NCBI GenBank assembly: GCA_002245135.1
Contig: NGBS01000603.1
Coordinates: forward strand, 1 to 64,000
DNA length: 64,000 bases
Source: Proteromonas lacertae
Lineage: Eukaryota
Reading direction: 5' to 3'
The notes below the pieces were generated by a model. That model saw only the letters and a program-made list of their open reading frames with translations, was not told where the DNA came from and did not search any database. A program made the translations under genes and the position numbers. The stretch's first letter is position 1. Each line of letters starts with the position of its first letter. This document shows positions 54,819 through 64,000 of this stretch, piece after piece.

Positions 54819-56564
54819 ATGTCACTTTCTTTTTTTGGAAGGTTAGGTAATGATGTAACACCAAATGAGGATATGGAATCAGTAAGATCGTTTGCTTTTT
54901 TATTTTTCTTACTTTGTTTAGTTCTTTGTTTGGTTGCAGCGTATTAACACTCCAATCTTTATATTTGATAGATATAAATTAAGAAAAATAGCATCAGACT
55001 ATATACCAGAGCCAGGTGTTTATATTCTGATAGGATTCGTTCTCTCATTAATCATTCATGTTTCTGAAACAAAATTTAAGATGTCTGAAGTAATTAATCA
55101 GTATCTAGTGTTTGAGTCTGATATTTTCTTCATGGTACTATTGCCGATAATTATCTTTGAAGCAGGGTATTAATAATCTTGAATTTACTTATTATTAGAT
55201 ATAACATGAAACAAGATTCATTCTTTTATAATATAGGATCAATCATATCAATGGCATTTGGTGTGACAGTAGTAACAGCTTTCTTTATTGGAGCAGTGTT
55301 ATATGTTTTAGGTGTATGGAATTGGATTCCAGAATTCTCATTTATAAACGCATTAACATTTGGTTCAATAATTTCCGCAACAGACCCAGTTTCAGTGTTA
55401 TCATTATTCTCAAAATTAGGAGTTGATAATTCATTACATTCAATAGTCTTTGGTGAAAGTGTATTAAATGATGCAGTAGCAATGGTGTTATACAAAACAC
55501 TCTTAGTATTTCAAAAAAGTGAATTTACATTTACAACTGTAATAAAAGGAGTTTTTTCATTTATTAGTGTGTTTTTAGGTTCATTCAGTAGTGGAGTATT
55601 AGTTGGATGTTTAAGTGCTTTGTTATTTAAATATTTAGATTTAGTTGGTTCTGAAATGAGAGATTTAGAGAGAGGTTTGTTGTTTATTATTCCATTTATT
55701 TCTTATATGTTTGCTAATGGTTTGGATATGAGTGGTATTGTTTCAATGTTATTTTGTGGCATGACGATGTCTCATTATACATTTCATAATATTTCACCTA
55801 AAAGATATCTTTTTTTTCTTTATTCTTTTTTTTGAATTAATAATAAATGAAATTATTTCTTTAATATATATTTTTTTACTCGTCATTTTTTTAGAAGATT
55901 ATACACATTAATGGCTGAATTGTGTGAAACAATGACTTTCATTATCTTAGGTGTGTCTTTATATTCAATATTAGAATATATGAGTATTTCTTATACTTTA
56001 ATGTTTTTATCTATTCTTATTATTTTTATATCAAGATTATTAACTGTAATCCCATGTTGTGCTTTATTAAATTCCAAAAGAAAAGATAAAATAGATGGTA
56101 AAACTCAATTGGTATTATGTTGGTCTGGTTTGAGAGGAGGGATGGCTTATGCATTGTCTATAGAAGCAATGGATAGTCTGAATGATAAGACTCAAGCCAA
56201 ATTAATTGTTGCTATGACTTCTGCATATATTATATTCTCTGTTTATATTGTTGGAGTTACTTTAGCACCTATTTTAAAAGCTTTTCATATGTTTGGAGTG
56301 GAAAGTAAACCAATTCCTGTTAGTATATTTTACTATATATATATTTTAGAACATTTTGAAAAGCCTAGTAGGATTGATTGGAAGAATTTCTGTAAAAATT
56401 GTTGTACATGGCAATTTTTAGATAATGTTTATTTTAAACCTATGTTTATAAAGGAACAGCCTACTATGGATATAGATATTAATGATGATGTGTTAAGTGA
56501 TTTTGAAGATGATGATTTTGATGATTTTATACCCGTTCCAACTACTCCATCCAATAGAAAATAA
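54819..56564 (+). CDS. Na+/H+ exchanger (CPA1/NHE), copy 1
   Basis: LLPIIIFEAGY, GSIISATDPV, FGESVLNDAVA, WSGLRGGMA. Confidence 0.93.
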
Positions 56565-56711
56565 ATTTGTTTATTATTTCATTTATTATTCTATCTGTTG
56601 TATTTTTTATTTTTTGTGAGTGAAACGACTTTATTTTTTGAATTAGTGTTGTATAGAGATGTTGGAATAAGTTAAACTCAACAACGATCATTAGAAAATT
56701 AATATTCGAAA

Positions 56712-58629
56712 ATGAAACATCAAACTCTCAAACTGACGATGAAACAGCTTTCTCATTTTCACTAATGTTATTTTTATTTGGCTTACTACTCTCATTACTT
56801 ATTGCGTATATTTTAGTAGTATATTTGTAATAGATACAAGGCTAGAGAGAGCGGTTGTGAATACATTCCAGAACCAGCTTGTTATATTTTGATTGGGTTT
56901 TCATTATCATGTATTGTACATCTTACAGATAAAATGAGTATACTCTCAAAATTGATGGAGAAGTATTTGGTTTTTGAATCAAATATCTTTTTTTACTTTC
57001 TTGTTGCCAATTATTATATTTGATTCTGGGTATAATTTTAGATATATATGTAATTAATAGGTTTAATATGGGTAATATAAAATTCTTTCAAAACATTGGA
57101 TCAATCTTAGTATTAGCATTTATAAACACATTTTTAACTGCTTTATTCATTGCAATATTATTATATTTTGCATCATGGGCAAGTTATATTCATTCATTCT
57201 CATTTTTAAACTCATTTTTATTTGGTTCAATTATTTCAGCTACAGATACAATTTCAGTCCTTTCCATATTCTCGAAGTTAGGAGTTGATGATACGCTTTA
57301 TGCATTAGTATTTGGTGAAAGTATGTTTAACGATGCTGTGGCTATCGTTTTATATAAATCATTAATTTCATTCCAATATATTGGATTTAAGTGTTGGTAG
57401 TTTAATTCATGGAATTGTTTCATTTTGCAGTATTTTTTTAGGTTCTTTAAGCTGTGGAATATTAATGGGATCTTTAATAACATTATTATTTAAATATACA
57501 AATATCCATTATCCTAGAAATAAAGATTTTGAAAGAGCTTTATTATTAATCACTCCATTTTTATGTTATATGTTTGCAGAAGGTTTGAGTATGAGTGGAA
57601 TTGTTGCAATGTTATTTTGTGGTATTGTAATGTCAAGGTATACAGAACATAATATGTCTGGAAAAACATATCATTTTTATATAATATTGCAATAAAAGAA
57701 GATAATCTAATTATTTTCTTTAATAATAATTTACAAGGCATTTTTTCAGTAGATTATGTTCACTTTTAGCTATGATATCTGAAACATTAACTTTTGTTCA
57801 TTTTAGGTGTTTCAATCTATTCAATTATTGATTTAATGTTCAGATATTATTTACTTATGTTGATTAGTGTTGGAATTGTTTTTATTTCAAGATATATGTC
57901 GATATATCCATCATGTATACTTGCTAATGTAAATAGGAAAAATAAAATATCCAAAAAAGTAATGTTTATATTATCATATGCTGGACCAAGAGGATCAATG
58001 TCATTTGCTTTAGCAATCAAAGGATTAGAACAAATATTAGATGAAAATCAAAGTTATTTAATAATTGGAATGACGACCTAGTTATATTATTTTTTCTATT
58101 TTCATTATTGGAGGTAGTTTAGGTCCAATATGTAAAGCAATGAATTTGAATAATGATAAAAAAGAAATTATTGATATTATGAGTCCTAGATCATTGTCAA
58201 GTATTATTTATTGTTTATTATTATTATTATTTATAAATAGTACCAGGCGAAGATGATGAAGAAGAAGCAGTAGTAGAAGATGAAGAAGGAAAGATAATAG
58301 AAGAAGGTAATATAGATGGAAATATAATAATAAAAGAAAAAGAAAAGCAAGAAATATCATGGAAATCTTTAATTCATAATTTCAATTGGAAATATCTGGA
58401 ACATAATTACTTTAATCCATTTTTGCTGAGAGACTATGAACAATTTGATGATGATAGTAATGATGAAGATGATGAAGAAGAAAATGAAGAAAATTATAGT
58501 GATGTAATTAGTATCACAACTAATGATGATTATTATAAACTAAACAATAACATTATAAGTGAAAGAGACACTGATGAAGCAATTGAAGGAGAGAATATAA
58601 AACTACTGAATAATAGAGATGAAGAATAG
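56712..58629 (+). CDS. Na+/H+ exchanger (CPA1/NHE), tandem copy 2, with apparent frameshifts
   Basis: GSIISATDTI, FGESMFNDAVA, YAGPRGSMS; similar exon layout to copy 1; frame breaks near 57003, 57390 and 58080. Confidence 0.85.
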
Positions 58630-58791
58630 TTTTCAAAAATTAAATTAAATATATATGTGTGATATTATTAATAATATATGAATAAAATGAGTTTTTTAAA
58701 AACTGAAACGAACAAATGAAATTGGTTAATCAAAAATATTTTCATAAAATTTACCATTTTTTCATTATTTCTTTTTCTATTTTCTCTTGAT

Positions 58792-59424
58792 ATGAACAGT
58801 TATATAGATTTTCCACCATTCTATGTGTATACATTTGTCATCATATTCTATGTATCATAGTTTACAACCTGTTCTTCAAACAAGAAAACTACAATTGCAA
58901 CAGTGGAAGATGCTGATAGAAAATTATTGTCAAAATGTTAAAAATCCTATCTTTAATCTTAATTCAGCTCCAATATTTTCAAATAATCGAATAGAAAGTA
59001 TGTAGTATAAAATCGAATTATAATGAATAGGAAGCTTAAGTGCATCAGATAGAAAAGTGATAGGTCGATTATATAGTTGAAAGTAGTATATTAATAGAAT
59101 TTACTAAAAATTAGATAGCTGGTTATTATATATCTGAAAGTGAGTTGTTTATATATCCAATAGCATTAGATAAATTAGCAAATGAGATTTATTTTTACGC
59201 ACAACAAGCTGGTTTAATAAATGATGTTGAAACAATTCACAGTTTGATTGAAAATGATAAATACAAAGATGCAAGTATATATGTAATATGTATATTACAA
59301 ATAGATTTTCACAATTATGATTTTGAATATGTATATCGAGCTTTAAAATGTTTAGAAAATGATAAGAAAGTAGAAATCTTATGAAATAGAAGATGATTAT
59401 GGAATAAAATTCTTCTATTCATAA
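58792..59424 (+). CDS. VPS25: ESCRT-II subunit VPS25
   Basis: FPPFY.LQP...TRKLQLQQW, IFSNNRIE.KL, C-terminal GIKFF. Confidence 0.85.
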
Positions 59425-59513
59425 AATACAACAATATTTCCTAAATTCTATTTATTAATTATACTTTTTTCAATATTATAAAATATATAAATAAAACATT
59501 AATAACATTAAAT

Positions 59514-60538
59514 TCATTTTTTATTAGGATTAATATGATTCTTTAATCTATCTAATATTCTTTTATTTACAGTTACTCTATCATCTTTATTATCCAACTT
59601 CACTTCTTTTCTTAATATTATTATTATCATCATTATTATTTACTATTTCATTTGCTTTTCTTTTTATCATTTTCACTGGTGTAAATATTACATTATCTTT
59701 TCTACCTATCGGTTTATTAGTTGTTAAATCAATAATTATGGATTTAGGCGGATTTTTAATTTGTTTAACTGACTCTTTATTAATAACTATGGGCCTCTTT
59801 TCATTGGATGCTTTGAATATTTTGTTGGTTATTGGAGATATTATTTCTTCTTCTTCTTCTACTTCATCTTTTTGTTGTAATATTCTTTTATCTTCTTCTC
59901 TTTCAAAATGAAGTGGAATTTCATATTGTTCTGATATTTTCTGTATTAATTTAATCATACTCTTCCTCTTTTTATTGAAATCTTTTGTGTAAATTGAATC
60001 TTTTTTATTTTTTGTCTTAGATTTACTTGAAGAACTATCATCTATCATTCTATCATTCATATTCCCTATTGAATTTATTAATCTCATCATAAAGTTTATA
60101 TTTGGAACTAATAATCTATTATTATCATTGCTTCTACTTAAAAATAACAAGATATTAGTATATTATACTTAGGTTCAACATCACAGGCATTTGTTAATTC
60201 TTTTTCTTCGAAATCTTTACTATTTTCTTTTCTTTTAATTGTAATGCCGTTTTTTCTTTTGGAATTACATAGAAACAATAAACTTTTTACTATATTTTCA
60301 TCCTCAGCCTTTGAATATTTAAATAAACGAAAATCAATACTTTTAAAGATAAAAATGGGTTATTTCTATCACATCCATCTTCTAAGTCTGATATTGTTTT
60401 ATTTTGAGTTACTCTACTTGATTGGAGTGATTTTATGTTACTTGTTAAACAAGATTCATCTGACATATTTATTGAATCAATTAAACTGTTTTCATCGTGT
60501 TTACAATTTTCATTAGATTTATCTTCCACTTTATTCAT
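59514..60538 (-). CDS. Hypothetical basic low-complexity protein
   Basis: ORFs 60290-60538 and 59590-60150 with intron-like gaps; no family recognised. Confidence 0.45.
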
Positions 60539-60642
60539 TTTTAAAACTTCAAATCAGTATCAAGCTTTTCATTACTAAAATTAAAAATAAAATTCACAAA
60601 ACCAATTAAAAACATTTACAAACATAAGTTTTATAAATATTA

Positions 60643-61323
60643 CTACTTCTTGTTATTCCCAAATTTGTTTAACAACTCTAATAAACCTGATTTGGTTGGA
60701 GTAACTGTTTTACACATCTCTTTACTTGCCAAATCTCTTATTGACATACATTTCTTCTTCTTACTTTTATTTTTTAATTCTATATTCTTTTCCACTTTAT
60801 TCTCTAGTCTAAGTGATTTTGGTTTTGGAGGAATATGAATAGCCTTCTTACAACATGCAATATATGATATATTACCACATTTATAGCATATAAGACTCTA
60901 ATATATTATAATTACATATATACTAGATGATTTTTATTCATTTCTTTATCTTTATGTTTTTCAATTGCTTCTCTTTGAATTTCATTATAACGTCTTAATA
61001 ATAATATACACAAATATTAATACTCGTTTGATAATCGTCTTGAAAATATGGTTTTATTTTTATTGCACTTTTTGTTGATATGATTTAGTCGAACTTTACC
61101 AGTCAAACTAGCAATTATTAAACATCCACACTTTTGACAAACTGTTTCTTTCAAACTACCAGAGATTTCTAAATATTATAACAATTATTAATATTTACTT
61201 TCATTAATTAGGAATGAGAATGTCTTCTGCTTTTCTTCTACAATATCAAATTAATTTGATATATATATATACAGAAAAGAAAGTGACAGACATTGATTTT
61301 TACTTATTATTTGCTGAGAACAT
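60643..61323 (-). CDS. RNase P/MRP subunit Rpr2/Rpp21-like zinc-ribbon protein
   Basis: LKETVCQKCGCLII and CYKCG Cys pairs, basic tail. Confidence 0.65.
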
Positions 61324-61734
61324 TTTAACAGATACTCAATTCTTCTTTTATCAGCAATTTCAGCATCTATTTCAAATCAATTCATTACAAATACTTGATT
61401 TTGTAATTGGTTGAAATGACATGTCAAAATTACTTATATTAATGTAATTTGATAAAAATAAAGCAATAGCATTGATAATATTATATTTATTTATAATATA
61501 ATCAATTATTTCAGCATTGAAGAATTCTTCTGATATTTTATTCTTTTCTTATTCAGATATTCCAACTAATTTCAATCTTCCTGAAAGAATACAATGCTTT
61601 TAGAAAGGATTTTAATTCTGATTTATCTATATCTCTTTTTACTGGTATTGATAGTTCATGTAAATAAAATATATTGCAAAAGCAAACATTCATGAAATAA
61701 AAATAAAAAATAAAAATAAAATTAATAATAGATA

Positions 61735-64000
61735 TTAATTTAAAATTATTCGACATTTGACTAAATCTAATGGCTTCATAATGACATCATCAGCTCCAGC
61801 TATGTATAATAATAATAACAATCATTATAAAATACCATTAAGAAACTCTATATGTTGTTCTTTTTCTCCACATCCTGTTATACCAACAATTTTCACTACT
61901 GAGTTTATATTTCTTATATAATTTGTTAATTCTATTCCATTCATTTCACTATTATACAACTAATCAATACATATATTATAAATATACATTCAAATCAATA
62001 CATATTATATCATACACAATATTATTATTTTCATTCAGTAGTTTTAACGCTTCATTACTATTTAAAGCAGTATCAACTATTCCTATATTGAATTTATATT
62101 TTAATATTCTTTTACATAATGATAAATGTATTTTATCATCATCAATAAGTAATATTTTTTGATCAAAATGACTAAAAGACTTTGAATTTGAATTAAATCT
62201 CACCAATGCATCTTTCTTTACTTCAACAGGAATTTTTATAGTAAAAGTACTACCAATATTTGGTTTTGAACAAACTGTTAATTTTCCATTCAATAATTTG
62301 CACATATTATAACAAAATGATAATCCTAAACCATTTCCACCTCCTGATTGTAACTGAATTGGATCTACTTGTAAATGTTTCTCAAATATGTTCGGTAGAA
62401 CTTCTTCAGATATCCCAACTCCACTATCTGTCACTGATACTTCTAAATATTTATCTTCAAATATTGTTGAGACTATTATTGATCCTCCATAATTTGTGAA
62501 TTTATACGCATTCTATTTTTAACATTATTATATTTATTATTATACAGAAACTAAATTCATGATTATTTCTTGTATTCTTAAACCATCTCCAATAAAAACA
62601 ATTGGAATGTCTTCATTACATATACTTTTATATAATATTCTTTTAGACTATATACATTATATATATAAATATACAATTAGATTATGTTTAAATGTATTTG
62701 CAACTTCCCATAGTAAAGGTCTTATTTCAAATGGTTTATTAATTATTTCTAATTTCCCACATTCCATTTTATCTATTGTTAATACTGAATTTACGAGATT
62801 GTTTATGTATATTGTTTGTGTATGGATTATATTTGCATAATAATCATTATCAACTGAATTTTTATGTTGATTTTCTATTGATTCATCTTTTTTACTATTA
62901 CTTTTTATCTCTGAAAGAAGTCTATCTACATTATTGATATTATTTATATCAAAATCAATATTAAAAGAAAAGATTCGTTTCTTTTACTTATTGATTTATC
63001 ACTTGGATAACTACTACATCTGATTCGACTACTCTTATCACTTAATATTTGTTGTTGTTCATTTTGTTGTTTATGAATATTCTGTTTTTGTTGAATATTC
63101 ACATCTTCCAATGAGGTGGTTGTATCTGTTGATTTATACGATGATATTGAATGTTTAACTAGAGATTGTGGGTCAATAATAATGACTGATTTAGTCTTAT
63201 CTTCACATACATTATCTGTTGTTTGTTTAGTAATAAATGATGCAGCAAGTGATACTGTTGACAGTGGATTTCGAATCTATTTATATTTTAAAAAATAATA
63301 AATACATCATGAAACAGTTGATTAACATAATCAGATTTTGCACTGTTTGCTCGACAAGCTTCATCTGATTTTAGTTTCAATTCCAAAGATAATTTGAACA
63401 TATTATGTGAAGATCTTTCTATTGAATAACTACTGTATGTTATTAATATTATTGAAAAGATCAATAGTATGAATTGATAAATATATTTTTCTTTCTCTTT
63501 ATCTTCCAAACACACGAAGAATAGTATGATGTATATTAATAAATACCATAACACTAATCCAACTGTGTGTTGAAATGGCAAATGAAACAATAATACTGAA
63601 CTCACAGTCAATAACATCATTATTATTATTACGTTTGTATAATCATATTTGGATGAAATATCATTTCCCATTATTATATATCCCATAAATTTGACTGATG
63701 TCTATTACAGTATATCATATACAAATGAGATTATACAAATATAGAAATTGTTCCAACTACTACAAGTAGTATACAGCTACTAACCACAGAATAACTCTTT
63801 TCAATGGATGTGTATTGTATTAGTACAGCATATACAACACAAGAGACTATAATCATTAAACTACATACCAACCTCCACAGAACATATGACCTATGTTCTT
63901 CTGCAAAGTAAATTATATCAGGTATATATAAAACACAGTGGAGTATACAACACAAAAACACAGATATTAAACGAATCTTCCTAGAACATTAAAACACAAT
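61735..64000 (-). CDS. Membrane-bound hybrid histidine kinase, 5'-partial
   Basis: TM exons, ANSAKSDYVNQLFHD|IRNPL H-box, NAYKFT, DSGVGI, GNGLGL, GSTF, receiver ILLIDDD...CIDLN...IMKP. Confidence 0.92.

Noticed and set aside
17100..59600. Many single-base frame breaks (about 17125, 23220, 43800, 44800, 45290, 47500, 57390, 58080, 59595) as programmed frameshifting, editing or mass pseudogenisation
   Set aside because: They are scattered, often in homopolymers or repeats and within otherwise conserved genes, so long-read indel errors are the simpler explanation
61380..61700. Possible small minus-strand gene between the Rpr2-like gene and the histidine kinase
   Set aside because: Coding-like stretch, but I could not build a consistent start, splice and stop model
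3091..64000. Alternative genetic code (stop reassignment)
   Set aside because: Long ORFs read cleanly in the standard code and the breaks are explained by tiny introns or indels

Overview
Two different kinds of DNA meet at about nt 3090. (1) Nt 1-3090 is intron-free, noticeably more GC-rich (about 35-45% by eye) and has a different codon bias. It holds a 5'-truncated ORF whose motif order reads like a double-jelly-roll major capsid protein of the Polinton-like virus/virophage type, two convergent ORFs of unknown function, short direct repeats and, exactly at the boundary, a 202-bp imperfect hairpin. I read this as one end of an endogenous (or co-assembled) DNA virus with a hairpin terminus; this is the top finding. 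(2) Nt 3091-64000 is a compact, very AT-rich eukaryotic chromosome with about 31 genes and many tiny (about 27-45 nt) GT..AG introns. The gene set (CEP290, CFAP100, SPAG1, a tubular-mastigoneme-type EGF protein, bacterial-type sugar enzymes) suggests a flagellated stramenopile related to Blastocystis, possibly Proteromonas-like; that assignment is inference. Other notable loci are a degenerate, probably domesticated MULE transposase, a divergent alpha-tubulin, a Tom5-like protein, a Cys-rich repeat protein, two pseudokinases and a hybrid histidine kinase. Frequent single-base frameshifts look like assembly errors. All protein calls are by-eye motif recognition with no database search, and multi-exon coordinates are outer bounds.
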